The notes beneath the pieces were generated by a model. The model had not been told where the DNA came from and searched no databases. It saw only the letters and a list, made by a program, of their open reading frames with translations. Of a stretch of 64,000 bases of DNA, positions 1 to 14,499 are shown one piece after another. The position numbers were made by a program, and so were the translations under genes. The stretch spans positions 8,286,784 to 8,350,783 of the forward strand of contig CM121341.1 of assembly GCA_051530055.1 (NCBI GenBank), read 5' to 3'. Source of the DNA: Neoechinorhynchus agilis (taxonomy: Eukaryota; Animalia; Acanthocephala). Numbering within the stretch: the stretch's first letter is position 1; each line of letters opens with the position of its first letter.

Positions 1-1914
1 TCGATCATGAAAAACTTTTCGTTGCGATCAAGTACTTTGTAAGGTCCGGTGTCCGGCGCCTGTATAGGATTCCCATGCTGACCGCGTCTGGCAAAAACGA
101 ACGATGCTCTGCTGAGTGCATTCGGTACAAACGTCGTCACTTTACCATGGTTTACAACGAGTATGGGCGCAAGAGATTTAACCTTATTACGTAGCCGTTG
201 TAGATGAGTGTGAGAATCGACTCTGCTAAGTGAGGAATTAAGAAAATCGGCAGGTATGTTGATGGCACTTCCATATTCATGCTCTGCTGCCGAGGAATCG
301 AGGTCGCCTTTGGGCGCGGTGCGAATTCCTAACAAAATCCAAGGTAATTCGTCGATCCAATTGTTTCCGCAGAGGCGAGCTTTCAAAGCCGATTTCAGAT
401 GCCTGTGGAATCTTTTTACGATTCCATTGGATTGCGGATGATACGCGGTTGTGCGGTGGAGCTTCATTCCTAAATGTTCTGCGATTGTTCTCCACAGCTC
501 TGATATGAATTGTGGCCCTCGATCGGAAGTGATGTCGTTAGGAATACCGAAACGAGCTATCCATTGGCTGATAAATGCTCTTGCACACGTGACGGAGTTG
601 GTATTATTTAAAGGAATCGCCTTAGGCCATCGAGTATATCGGTATATCACGGTTAATAAATGGGTGAAACCTTGTGATGCCGGTAGCGGACCTACTAAAT
701 CTATATGAATATGATCAAATCCACGTTGCGGAGGTTCGAAAGTAGAAAGCGGTGCTCGTATGCGTCTTTGAACCTTAGCCATTGGACATCCGATGCATGA
801 CTGAACCATATCACCAATATCCTATGATAAACCAGGCCAAACGTATCTTGTTTTAACCAATTTACGGGTTGCGTTGATTCCAGGGTGGGACAGCTGGTGT
901 ACAGCCTCGAAAACTCGTTTCGTCCAAGATGATGGTACCAACGGTCTATAACGGCCAGTCGAAATGTCACACAAAACAGTTTATCCTGTGCCATTGAAAG
1001 GAATTTCTTTCAACTGCAGCGAAGTATTCGCTAAACGATATGCCTGGATGTATTGATCAGACTTTTAAACTTCTGCCATCGCTTCAAACGATATTCCTTC
1101 GGAAATACTGGCTAAATAATCAACGCGGGACAATGCATCGGTAACTTGGTTATCTTGTCCACTAATGTGTTCGATATTGGTCTTGAACTCAGATATATAA
1201 TTCAAATGTCGTTCTTGACGGGCTGACCAAGGATCCAAAACATTTGACATCGCATAAACTAAAGGTCGATGATCAGTGTAAATCGTAAACGATCTACACT
1301 CAACGCAATATCGAAAATGTCGGACAGCGAGATACATGGCCAGAAGCTTGCGATCGAAGGTGCTGTACCGTTGTTCAGGTTTACGCAGTTGTTTGTTGAA
1401 GAATGTCAGCGGCTGCCATGAATGGGACACTTTCTGCTGTAGAACAGCGCCAATAGCGAACTCGGATGCATCTGTAATGATAGAGATTGGTGCGTCGGTC
1501 ACTGAATGTGAAAGCATCGTTACGTTTGCTAGAGCTGAAGCCATTTCAACTGTCCAAGAAAAACTTCGTAGATTCGTTTTACCAGATAGCGCTTGGTAGA
1601 GCGGACGCATCAGACGGGCTGCCGAATTGATGAAATTATGATAATAATTTACCATACCAACAAATCCTTGCAAAGCTTTGGTGGATGTTGGAGGAGGGAA
1701 ACTGCGAATCGCACTTACTTTATCTGGCAATTGTACTGCACCCCGTCCATTGACACGGTGTTCTAGGAAATCGATCTGTTCTACCCCGAACTCACACTTA
1801 TCTGGGTTCAGAACGAGGCCGTACTCTCTGAGTCGATCGAACAATGTTCGTAGGTGTTTTTCTATGCTCGGATCGATTTGAACTCGCGATCAGTATATCA
1901 TCTAAGTAGACGAA
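1..1914 (-). mobile_element. Ty3/gypsy LTR-retrotransposon pol relic (C-terminal half of RT, RNase H, integrase), with stops
   Basis: Minus-strand translation gives FVYLDDILIAS at ~1914-1882, then LNPDKCEFG, TDASEFAIGAVLQQ, YTDHRPL and DALSR (ORF 1065-1844). The integrase region shows HIHIDLVGPLP, TSDRGPQF and YHPQSNG. No LTR is visible; the element runs off the window start. Confidence 0.93.
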
Positions 1915-4900
1915 TTCGTAAAAAAACAAATATACAAATACATAAGAAGTTAAAGATAGCGCCGCATATAAGCATAATCAAAACAACTGGTGCGCATAAA
2001 GTTCTAAATGCGAAACATATATACGTAGCATACCGCATTGCATAAAAACAACAACGCATGGATACATTCACGCTTGTGCAATTAAATAAACAAACAACTA
2101 ACGCTTAGATAAAATGATCTAAAAGCGCGCCCCTTTACATTTATGAAATAATAACAAATTTTATGATTTGATGTCATTATGAGAAAATGACAACAATTCG
2201 TAAAAAAACAAATATACAAATACATAAGAAGTTAAAGATAGCGCCGCATATAAGCATAATGAAAACAACTGGTGCGCATAAAGTTCTAAATGCGAAACAT
2301 ATATACGTAGCATACCGCATTGCATAAAAACAACAACGCATGGATACATTCACGCTTGTGCAATTAAATAAACAAACAACTAACGCTTAGATAAAATGAT
2401 CTAAAAAGCGCGCCCCTTTACATTTATGAAATAATAACAAATTTTATGATTTGATGTCATTATGAGAAAATGACAACAATTCGTAAAAAAACAAATATAC
2501 AAATACATAAGAAGTTAAAGATAGCGCCGCATATAAGCATAATGAAAACAACTGGTGCGCATAAAGTTCTAAATGCGAAACATATATACGTAGCATACCG
2601 CATTGCATAAAAACAACAACGCATGGATACATTCACGCTTGTGCAATTAAATAAACAAACAACTAACGCTTAGATAAAATGATCTAAAAGCGCGCCCCCT
2701 TTACATTTATGAAATAATAACAAATTTTATGATTTGATGTCATTATGAGAAAATGACAACAATTCGTAAAAAACAAATATACAAATACATAAGAAGTTAA
2801 AGATAGCGCCGCATATAAGCATAATCAAAACAACTGGTGCGCATAAAGTTCTAAATGCGAAACATATATACGTAGCATACCGCATTGCATAAAAACAACA
2901 ACGCATGGATACATTCACGCTTGTGCAATTAAATAAACAAACAACTAACGCTTAGATTAAATTATCTAAAAGCGCGCCCCTTTACATTTATGAAATAATA
3001 ACAAATTTTATGATTTGATGTCATTATGAGAAAATGACAACAATTCGTAAAAAAACAAATATACAAATACATAAGAAGTTAAAGATAGCGCCGCATATAA
3101 GCATAATGAAAACAACTGGTGCGCATAAAGTTCTAAATGCGAAACATATATACGTAGCATACCGCATTGCATAAAAACAACAACGCATGGATACATTCAC
3201 GCTTGTGCAATTAAATAAACAAACAACTAACGCTTAGATAAAATGATCTAAAAGCGCGCCCCTTTACATTTATGAAATAATAACAAATTTTATGATTTGA
3301 TGTCATTATGAGAAAATGACAACAATTCGTAAAAAAACAAATATACAAATACATAAGAAGTTAAAGATAGCGCCGCATATAAGCATAATCAAAACAACTG
3401 GTGCGCATAAAGTTCTAAATGCGAAACATATATACGTAGCATACCGCATTGCATAAAAACAACAACGCATGGATACATTTACGCTTGTGCAATTAAATAA
3501 ACAAACAACTAACGCTTAGATAAAATGATCTAAAAGCGCGCCCCTTTACATTTATGAAATAATAACAAATTTTATGATTTGATGTCATTATGAGAAAATG
3601 ACAACAATTCGTAAAAAAACAAATATACAAATACATAAGAAGTTAAAGATAGCGCCGCATATAAGCATAATCAAAACAACTGGTGCGCATAAAGTTCTAA
3701 ATGCGAAACATATATACGTAGCATACCGCATTGCATAAAAAACAACAACGCATGGATACATTCACGCTTGTGCAATTAAATAAACAAACAACTAACGCTT
3801 AGATAAAATGATCTAAAAGCGCGCCCCTTTACATTTATGAAATAATAACAAATTTTATGATTTGATGTCATTATGAGAAAATGACAACAATTCGTAAAAA
3901 AACAAATATACAAATACATAAGAAGTTAAAGATAGCGCCGCATATAAGCATAATGAAAACAACTGGTGCGCATAAAGTTCTAAATGCGAAACATATATAC
4001 GTAGCATACCGCATTGCATAAAAACAACAACGCATGGATACATTCACGCTTGTGCAATTAAATAAACAAACAACTAACGCTTAGATAAAATGATCTAAAA
4101 GCGCGCCCCTTTACATTTATGAAATAATAACAAATTTTATGATTTGATGTCATTATGAGAAAATGACAACAATTCGTAAAAAAACAAATATACAAATACA
4201 TAAGAAGTTAAAGATAGCGCCGCATATAAGCATAATCAAAACAACTGGTGCGCATAAAGTTCTAAATGCGAAACATATATACGTAGCATACCGCATTGCA
4301 TAAAAACAACAACGCATGGATACATTCACGCTTGTGCAATTAAATAAACAAACAACTAACGCTTAGATAAAATGATCTAAAAGCGCGCCCCTTTACATTT
4401 ATGAAATAATAACAAATTTTATGATTTGATGTCATTATGAGAAAATGACAACAATTCGTAAAAAAACAAATATACAAATACATAAGAAGTTAAAGATAGC
4501 GCCGCATATAAGCATAATGAAAACAACTGGTGCGCATAAAGTTCTAAATGCGAAACATATATACGTAGCATACCGCATTGCATAAAAACAACAACGCATG
4601 GATACATTCACGCTTGTGCAATTAAATAAACAAACAACTAACGCTTAGATAAAATGATCTAAAAGCGCGCCCCTTTACATTTATGAAATAATAACAAATT
4701 TTATGATTTGATGTCATTATGAGAAAATGACAACAATTCGTAAAAAAACAAATATACAAATACATAAGAAGTTAAAGATAGCGCCGCATATAAGCATAAT
4801 GAAAACAACTGGTGCGCATAAAGTTCTAAATGCGAAACATATATACGTAGCATACCGCATTGCATAAAAACAACAACGCATGGATACATTCACGCTTGTG

Positions 4901-7900
4901 CAATTAAATAAACAAACAACTAACGCTTAGATAAAATGATCTAAAAGCGCGCCCCTTTACATTTATGAAATAATAACAAATTTTATGATTTGATGTCATT
5001 ATGAGAAAATGACAACAATTCGTAAAAAAACAAATATACAAATACATAAGAAGTTAAAGATAGCGCCGCATATAAGCATAATCAAAACAACTGGTGCGCA
5101 TAAAGTTCTAAATGCGAAACATATATACGTAGCATACCGCATTGCATAAAAACAACAACGCATGGATACATTCACGCTTGTGCAATTAAATAAACAAACA
5201 ACTAACGCTTAGATAAAATGATCTAAAAGCGCGCCCCTTTACATTTATGAAATAATAACAAATTTTATGATTTGATGTCATTATGAGAAAATGACAACAA
5301 TTCGTAAAAAAACAAATATACAAATACATAAGAAGTTAAAGATAGCGCCGCATATAAGCATAATCAAAACAACTGGTGCGCATAAAGTTCTAAATGCGAA
5401 ACATATATACGTAGCATACCGCATTGCATAAAAACAACAACGCATGGATACATTCACGCTTGTGCAATTAAATAAACAAACAACTAACGCTTAGATTAAA
5501 ATTATCTAAAAGCGCGCCCCTTTACATTTATGAAATAATAACAAATTTTATGATTTGATGTCATTATGAGAAAATGACAACAATTCGTAAAAAAACAAAT
5601 ATACAAATACATAAGAAGTTAAAGATAGCGCCGCATATAAGCATAATCAAAACAACTGGTGCGCATAAAGTTCTAAATGCGAAACATATATACGTAGCAT
5701 ACCGCATTGCATAAAAAACAACAACGCATGGATACATTCACGCTTGTGCAATTAAATAAACAAACAACTAACGCTTAGATAAAATGATCTAAAAGCGCGC
5801 CCCTTTACATTTATGAAATAATAACAAATTTTATGATTTGATGTCATTATGAGAAAATGACAACAATTCGTAAAAAAACAAATATACAAATACATAAGAA
5901 GTTAAAGATAGCGCCGCATATAAGCATAATCAAAACAACTGGTGCGCATAAAGTTCTAAATGCGAAACATATATACGTAGCATACCGCATTGCATAAAAA
6001 CAACAACGCATGGATACATTCACGCTTGTGCAATTAAATAAACAAACAACTAACGCTTAGATAAAATGATCTAAAAGCGCGCCCCTTTACATTTATGAAA
6101 TAATAACAAATTTTATGATTTGATGTCATTATGAGAAAATGACAACAATTCGTAAAAAAACAAATATACAAATACATAAGAAGTTAAAGATAGCGCCGCA
6201 TATAAGCATAATGAAAACAACTGGTGCGCATAAAGTTCTAAATGCGAAACATATATACGTAGCATACCGCATTGCATAAAAACAACAACGCATGGATACA
6301 TTCACGCTTGTGCAATTAAATAAACAAACAACTAACGCTTAGATAAAATGATCTAAAAGCGCGCCCCTTTACATTTATGAAATAATAACAAATTTTATGA
6401 TTTGATGTCATTATGAGAAAATGACAACAATTCGTAAAAAAACAAATATACAAATACATAAGAAGTTAAAGATAGCGCCGCATATAAGCATAATCAAAAC
6501 AACTGGTGCGCATAAAGTTCTAAATGCGAAACATATATACGTAGCATACCGCATTGCATAAAAACAACAACGCATGGATACATTCACGCTTGTGCAATTA
6601 AATAAACAAACAACTAACGCTTAGATAAAATGATCTAAAAGCGCGCCCCTTTACATTTATGAAATAATAACAAATTTTATGATTTGATGTCATTATGAGA
6701 AAATGACAACAATTCGTAAAAAACAAATATACAAATACATAAGAAGTTAAAGATAGCGCCGCATATAAGCATAATCAAAACAACTGGTGCGCATAAAGTT
6801 CTAAATGCGAAACATATATACGTAGCATACCGCATTGCATAAAAACAACAACGCATGGATACATTCACGCTTGTGCAATTAAATAAACAAACAACTAACG
6901 CTTAGATAAAATGATCTAAAAGCGCGCCCCTTTACATTTATGAAATAATAACAAATTTTATGATTTGATGTCATTATGAGAAAATGACAACAATTCGTAA
7001 AAAAACAAATATACAAATACATAAGAAGTTAAAGATAGCGCCGCATATAAGCATAATCAAAACAACTGGTGCGCATAAAGTTCTAAATGCGAAACATATA
7101 TACGTAGCATACCGCATTGCATAAAAACAACAACGCATGGATACATTCACGCTTGTGCAATTAAATAAACAAACAACTAACGCTTAGATAAAATGATCTA
7201 AAAGCGCGCCCCTTTACATTTATGAAATAATAACAAATTTTATGATTTGATGTCATTATGAGAAAATGACAACAATTCGTAAAAAAACAAATATACAAAT
7301 ACATAAGAAGTTAAAGATAGCGCCGCATATAAGCATAATCAAAACAACTGGTGCGCATAAAGTTCTAAATGCGAAACATATATACGTAGCATACCGCATT
7401 GCATAAAAACAACAACGCATGGATACATTCACGCTTGTGCAATTAAATAAACAAACAACTAACGCTTAGATAAAATTATCTAAAAGCGCGCCCCTTTACA
7501 TTTATGAAATAATAACAAATTTTATGATTTGATGTCATTATGAGAAAATGACAACAATTCGTAAAAAAACAAATATACAAATACATAAGAAGTTAAAGAT
7601 AGCGCCGCATATAAGCATAATCAAAACAACTGGTGCGCATAAAGTTCTAAATGCGAAACATATATACGTAGCATACCGCATTGCATAAAAACAACAACGC
7701 ATGGATACATTCACGCTTGTGCAATTAAATAAACAAACAACTAACGCTTAGATAAAATGATCTAAAAGCGCGCCCCTTTACATTTATGAAATAATAACAA
7801 ATTTTTATGATTTGATGTCATTGTGAGAAAATGACAACAATTCGTAAAAAACAAATATACAAATACATAAGAAGTTAAAGATAGCCGCGAATATTAACAT

Positions 7901-9520
7901 AATGAAAACAACTGGCGTGTATAATGTTCTAAATGCGAAACATATATACGTAGCATACCGCATTGCATAAAAACAACAACGCATGGATACATTCACGCTT
8001 GTGCAATTAAATAAACAAACAACTAACGCTTAGATAAAATGATCTAAAAGCGCGCCCCTTTACATTTATGAAATAATAACAAATTTTATGATTTGATGTC
8101 ATTATGAGAAAATGACAACAATTCGTAAAAAACAAATATACAAATACATAAGAAGTTAAAGATAGCGCCGCATATAAGCATAATCAAAACAACTGGTGCG
8201 CATAAAGTTCTAAATGCGAAACATATATACGTAGCATACCGCATTGCATAAAAACAACAACGCATGGATACATTCACGCTTGTGCAATTAAATAAACAAA
8301 CAACTAACGCTTAGATTAAATTATCTAAAAGCGCGCCCCTTTACATTTATGAAATAATAACAAATTTTATGATTTGATGTCATTATGAGAAAATGACAAC
8401 AATTCGTAAAAAACAAATATACAAATACATAAGAAGTTAAAGATAGCGCCGCATATAAGCATAATGAAAATAACTGGTGCGCATAAAGTTCTAAATGCGA
8501 AACATATATACGTAGCATACCGCATTGCATAAAAACAACAACGCATGGATACATTCACGCTTGTGCAATTAAATAAACAAACAACTAACGCTTAGATAAA
8601 ATGATCTAAAAGCGCGCCCTTTACATTTATGAAATAATAACAGAATTGAAGATTTGATGTCATTATGAGAAAAGGACAACCATAAGATTGCAACATACAT
8701 GCAAATGCCTAAGAAATCAAAGATAGCGCCGCATATAAGCATAATCAAAACAACCGGAGTGTATAATGTTCTAAATGCGAAAGATATATACGTAGCATAC
8801 CGCATTGCATAAAAACAACAATGCATTGATACACTCACGCTTGTGCAATTAAATAAACAAACAACTAACGCTAAGATTAAAAAAAAAAAAAAATTTCTTT
8901 ACATTTATGAAATAATAACAAATTTTATGATTTGATGTCATTATGAGAAAATGACAACAATTCGTAAAAAACAAATATACAAATACATAAGAAGTTAAAG
9001 ATAGCGCCGCATATAAGCATAATGAAAACAACTGGTGCGCATAAAGTTCTAAATGCGAAACATATATACGTAGCATACCGCATTGCATAAAAACAACAAC
9101 GCATGGATACATTTACGCTTGTGCAATTAAATAAACAAACAACTAACGCTTAGATAAAAAATGATCTAAAAGCGCGCCCCTTTACATTTATGAAATAATA
9201 ACAAATTTTATGATTTGATGTCATTATGAGAAAATGACAACAATTCGTAAAAAACAAATATACAAATACATAAGAAGTTAAAGATAGCGCCGCATATAAG
9301 CATAATGAAAACAACTGGTGCGCATAAAGTTCTAAATGCGAAACATATATACGTAGCATACCGCATTGCATAAAAACAACAACGCATGGATATTTTTGTG
9401 CGCGTATGTAAATAAATAAACAATTACCGCTTAGATAAAATGGTCAAAAAGCGTGCCCCTTTACATTTATATAATAATAACAGAATTGATGATTTGATGT
9501 CATTATGAAAAAAGGTCAAC
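1913..9520. repeat. Tandem satellite, ~282-bp unit, ~27 copies, A-rich on the + strand
   Basis: The same unit (...AATTCGTAAAAAAACAAATATACAAATAC...AAAAGCGCGCCCCTTTACATTTATG...) recurs at 281-283-bp spacing, matching the repeated 62-63 aa pseudo-ORFs. Units are near-identical to ~7800 and more diverged from 7800 to 9520. Confidence 0.98.
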
Positions 9521-10559
9521 ACAGAGAAAACTGTAGCAGGTGAATGGAGTAGCGGCAAAAGACGTTTTACAACTTGCCCCGCTGCCTTCGAAAGTTTTTT
9601 AAAACTCATGCTCAAACCGCCTTAAAATAGCCAACGGCATTTTCACCCGAATCCTCAGGATTTAATTTCATTGCATAATATAAAAAAGAATTGTCTTTTC
9701 TTTTTAAACGCCCTCTGAGCCACCAAAAGGCAGCATCGATCGTCATTGGGCTACGACCGTTCGTCGATACTTACTGTTAGCAGAGGAAAATTCAAGTAAG
9801 CTTTGTATCCATAAAACGGTTTCCCTCCTTTTAACGTCTCTTTCCTTCCCTGCATTCAAACTTTTTCCTCTGAAACGTCGATGTCGCTTCTACGTCTCTC
9901 TCTTTTTCGATGAATGAAACCCTTGGATCCAAGAATCCGCCCAGCCGAATTGCCAGATAATCTCCTTAATTACGAACCTTTGCAACAACCGCTTTTATTT
10001 GACTATCGGTCGATGCAATTCAGTTCGCCTTGAAACATTTCGTCGTTTTAGAACGATTCACGTGGATTTTTATATTTTAGACTTTTGGGACGCTTAGGCG
10101 TCCGCTAATTTATTGTCGAGAAAACGGATTCGATTGTGATTTGGAAACAACAAAAAAAGTTCTTTGAAGAAAATGTCCAATTTTGGAATGGGTAGTGTAT
10201 AACGCGATTCTTAGAGGAAAAGGCAGTGGTGCTCTAGCTCAGAGTTTCTAGTGGACAATGAGTCGAGGAAAAGGCGTTTGACAAACATGTTGCCCGATAA
10301 TATCTAGTCCACAGGATAACGCTATAATGTTCGTATTTTAGTTGACAAACATTGAGGAAATATCGGAATTATCCGACGAAGTATCGGAAATTAGTTAATG
10401 AATTTAAACCCGAAGGTACAAAACTACCAAAAGAAAGATAAATTTAATTACTGATTACGGTACAAACCAAATGCGAAACTTGAAGACTTCTCAGATCCGA
10501 CCTATGGGAAAACTTCTTTTATTCGATAAAATCGCAAATGTAATTTACTATATCGTCAA

Positions 10560-11650
10560 TGTAAATTTTTAAGCAAGCATACATAATTTATAGTTTCTTC
10601 AACGCTCCGATTCATCGGCGTTGGACAAAATGCTAGCCGCATTGCACCGCTGCACAGCAATGCTTATTTTTTGCGCCAAGAACGACGTCGATCTTGGCTC
10701 TCCAGTCGCTGCGTAAATTCGTTTCTCCAAGTCCTTCAGGAGGACTAGTGCCGACCCTCCCAAGGTACGTTTCCACACCGAAGGGGACAAAATGGTAATT
10801 TCGGATTAGCTCCCTGTATTTTGAGCATTTCCGATCCTCTGCAGCCGTCGCCGCTCCTCCTGGACCTTTTTTCGAGTGGCTGATGTTGGAGTTTGCCAAC
10901 GTGTCCACACACGTTGCATCCCACAACAAACATTTTCCCTTCCTCCAAGGAAATACGGTCACGCCATCAGGGCGTCTTCCATCTAATCTACAAAGATTAG
11001 TGGGTTCTAGAATGTTTGGGAGGGAAAGCGTTTTTAGGGTCCTACTCGGAATGGCATTGATTTCAGCATGCCTTGGAAATCGTCCCGATGACGTCTTGCA
11101 TATGAGACCGTGTCTCTCCGAAGAGTCCACTATAGTGCCGCAGCGGCAGCGATGCGGGATGCAAATCGGTAGACCTAATCTCAAGGATACTGCGATCCTG
11201 ACGACTGAGTCAGCAAGGAGATTTCCAAGTTTACCTACAGGGAGAGCATTCAGCCACGCTCCCGGCTCCTTCGTGGAACAGGCTACCAGCCGGACCTGAG
11301 ACACCTCATCCAGAATATCTTTGAAAGAGTTGTGAATCTTCTGAACGAGAGGAATGTCCCAAGACGACTGCTTGCACTCATTTGCGGGGAGCTGGTTGAT
11401 GCTTGTTAATTGATGCTATTGAGATAATCCCGTGGCAAAGATCAAATCCTTCACTGATGTGCCAAAAATGGCATGGACATAGACTTTACTTGCCCGGCAA
11501 GGGGAAGGCAGGTAAAGCGACGTCTGAAGTGGTGCGAACTCCCAAACCACCAGCCAACCTGTGTCAGAAAATTTGACATTCAATATATGTCCCAGCTGCT
11601 TACGAATTACCCCGTCGAGCTCTCCTAACAATTTGTCTTCTCCGGAATTA
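10560..11650 (-). mobile_element. CRE-like non-LTR retrotransposon 3' fragment (RT thumb remnant, CCHC, REL endonuclease), frameshifted
   Basis: GAWLNALP...RIAVSLRLG...HRCRCG...HGLIC...RH.EIN...EPTNLCRLDGRRPDG.TVFPW.KGKCLLWDATCVDT...AEDRKCSKY...ETYLG, then FLAQKISIAVQRCNAASIL. This is the typical C-terminus of CRE-clade REL elements. Confidence 0.85.
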
Positions 11651-12054
11651 AATCGTCTTTTCAGATTTTCAAACTTAAAAATGTTTTCCGCATTATTTTC
11701 ACAATTCAGCAGAAAAATTTAATTTTCTATTTGTAATTTAATTTACAACAACCTCGTTGTCGACAAACCATTCGAAATTTTGCTCAGTTTCATTGATAAG
11801 AAAATATTCTTCACTGTGATGGTCGATACTTAATGAATCGCTCACCGTATTTACTCTTCGAGCTCTCCTTTTTCGCTTACTGAGGAAATTGTAACTTTTC
11901 ATGCATTTGATTGGGGTAAAAGAGAACCATTCTAGGTTTTTCACTTTACAATTTATATAGTTTGACCTAAGAAATGAATGACCGGCGAACAGATTATCAA
12001 TGCGACAATAGCTAAGCTTAATCGCAAGTGTAGAAAATGACGCCATTATAATAA

Positions 12055-14130
12055 CACGTTTTATTTGTTGATTTACAAGGAAGAGGACCCATGTACCTTT
12101 GGGTCCTCATAAACACACAGATATATTGATGTTTTTTGTATGCCCGTTCGGGTGGGAATATCAAGTTTTGTTATGTCGATATGTAAGGTACCGGGGAATG
12201 TGATGTCCGTTCTGTTGGGAATTGGCGGATATTGTTTGCAGGAGTGCTTCTAAGGTTGATCTTTCCTCAGAATCACTTCTGGTTATGATATCCGAGAAGA
12301 TTGGGCAGCATGGAAAATGGAGCGTAGATATAAGGAGTTGCGAGGTATAGGAGGATGAAACGAATTAGGATTACGAGTGCTGTGCTCGTGTGAAAAGGGA
12401 GCGATATGTGGAAAAAATTGTGGTGGTAGGGTTGAGAGGCGTTTTGATTGTTTTATGAAAATAGCATCAAGGCATTCGGTGAGAGGGGGAAAACCAGCTG
12501 TGCAAATTTTAGATGCTCTTTTGTGAAGAATTTCAAAACGGCGGATTAGCGATTTGGAAAGTTTGCAAAATACGGGGTAACCGTAGGTGAGGGATGGTAA
12601 GATTAAGCGGAAGTAAAATTTGTAGAGGTCGGGTGAAGGGATTCCTAAATGTCGCAGGCGTTTGAGAAGATAAAGTTTAAAAATGTTGTGCTTGAGGGAG
12701 AGAGTGATGTGCGAGTTCCATTTCAAATTTGATTGAAATTGGATACCCAGAATTCTCAGGGAGGTGACTCGTAGAATGTCATTTAGAAGCTCAGGGGATG
12801 TTGTAGATTTGCGGTAGAGAGATGGGATCATTTCGGAGCATTTAGAGAAATTGAGATGGGGTTTGTGATTGGTGCAGAAATCTTTTGTGTGTGTGATTTC
12901 TTTACAGGCTAAAAGAAAGGGAGAGATGGGGTGATGAATGGGTGATGGGGGTGATATCGTCGGCGTATAAGAAAAGCTTCGAGAAAGAGGAGAGTGGTTG
13001 AAGGTCTTCTAAGAAAATATTAAAAAGAAGTGGTGGCAATACAGCACCCTGGGATATGCCTTTGGAGAGGGATAGTCCGATAGAAGAGGTAGAACGGCTG
13101 TGAATGTATTGTTTGCGATTGTGAAGATAAGATTCGAGCCAGCGGATCTGCCACAAGTGGAAACCAAAATCGGAGCAGGCCCGGAGGAGTGAATGGTCCA
13201 CTGAGTCGAAAGCTTTAGATAAATCAAGTTGAATGAGACGGGTGACGTGGGAGGAATTATTGTCGAGGTTACGTAGAAGCGTGTCATAAATTCAAAGTAG
13301 GGTATCGCTAGCAGAAAATTCGGGTCGGAAGCGAAATTGTAGTGGCGATAACTTTTCGTGGAGAAGTGCAAGAAGGCGAGATTTAAAACATTTTTTGATG
13401 ATTTTTGAAAGAGCGGATATAATGCAGATTGGACGGAATGATTCGGCCGAAGTAGGATGCCTTTTTTTGGAGCGAGTATTACTTTGGAAGTTTTGAGGCA
13501 CGAGGGTTAGATGCCATATAAAAAGCTGCGATTTACAATGAGGATAAGAGGGTCTATTAGTTCGGGGACGATGCAACGAAGAGCCCAGTTTAGGATTTCG
13601 AATTGAGAGCACGAATTTTCAGGTAATTTCATGGGATACTTTAGTACTTGGTATTATGAAACTAAGGGGAGTATCGGCGAGTTGGCAGCAGTGATTGTAA
13701 ATTGAGTCAGGGCAGAGGTTCTGATTAATGGAATCTAGAACCTGTTTTTATTCAGTGCAGGACAAATTAGGGAAGGGAGTCGGGTGGCGTATACCAAGAG
13801 AGTCCTTGACGGGCGCCACCATGTTGAGTTGTCACCTGATCGAATTTTAGAGGAAAGGAAGTTTTTGCGGGCGATAAGCATTTTGTTAGAAAGTGCCTTT
13901 TGTAAATGGAGAGTTATTGCGATGGGCCTTAGAAGCTTGCCATTGTAGAAGTTTTAAAATAAGGGTTATCCATGGAGGGTCGCGGTTGGAGATCCTGATG
14001 AATTTCTTGGGAATTGCCGAAGCTACGGTGCCTCTTCACGGTTAAATTTTTTATAAGGTATGGAGTATTGTATGGATGGATTTCTCTTAGACTTGTCATA
14101 AAGTCCGCATCCTTAATTGTAATTCCCATC
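12055..14130 (-). mobile_element. 5'-truncated L2/CR1-type LINE (RT with YADD, 3' UTR stem-loop), degenerate
   Basis: FRPICIISALSKI, SPLQFRFRP, GISQGAVLPP, LFLYADD, LRILGIQFQSNLKWNSHI, LYLLKRLR. Homologous to the element at 58623-61200. Mirrored at 29780-31855 (+). Confidence 0.85.
12083..12108 (-). other. 3'-terminal stem-loop of the L2/CR1-type LINE
   Basis: GAGGACCCA-TGTACCTT-TGGGTCCTC forms a 9-bp stem with an 8-nt loop, just before the AATAAA end on the minus strand. A degenerate copy lies at ~59432-59458. L2-clade LINEs use a 3' stem-loop for RT recognition. Confidence 0.6.
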
Positions 14131-14499
14131 ATTCGAAATCTTTTTGAAGCCAGAGTTAAAGAAACTCAATTCAGAATTGAAATGTGATGGCATGGCCATA
14201 ATTGAACATTTGAAAAAATTAGATCTCTCTGAAACTGAAGTGGTGGCTATGGATACCCGGATTTATCGGATCGGAATACATAATCACAGAAAAAGAAGCT
14301 TCATGGCTCATCTTGAGTTTAAACGGGATCGACAACTTCACGAAAGGTCCATTAGATCGTTGGCAAGGCAATCACTAACAATACAACGGTGAAGCTGTGG
14401 CTACAGTTACTTGAAGTACGCTCGGTCATGGCAAGGGTCGATAATCGCTGTAGTTAGATATACCGGAAGCCAGACGCAGAAGTTGTTTTAAATAGCGTA

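Noticed and set aside
2161-9423. Repeated 62-89 aa ORFs (MYPCVVV..., MNVSMRCC...) as a multigene peptide family
   Set aside because: They are frames of the satellite and switch with single-A indels. No splice, SL/Sm-site or RNA-gene signature was found.
1913-9520. CRISPR array or hammerhead-containing satellite
   Set aside because: There are no unique spacers and no cas genes, the context is eukaryotic, and no CUGANGA core is present on either strand of the unit.
9930-10560. Possible short-intron gene fragment
   Set aside because: Some GT/AG-like signals are present, but I could not assemble a stop-free, recognisable protein.
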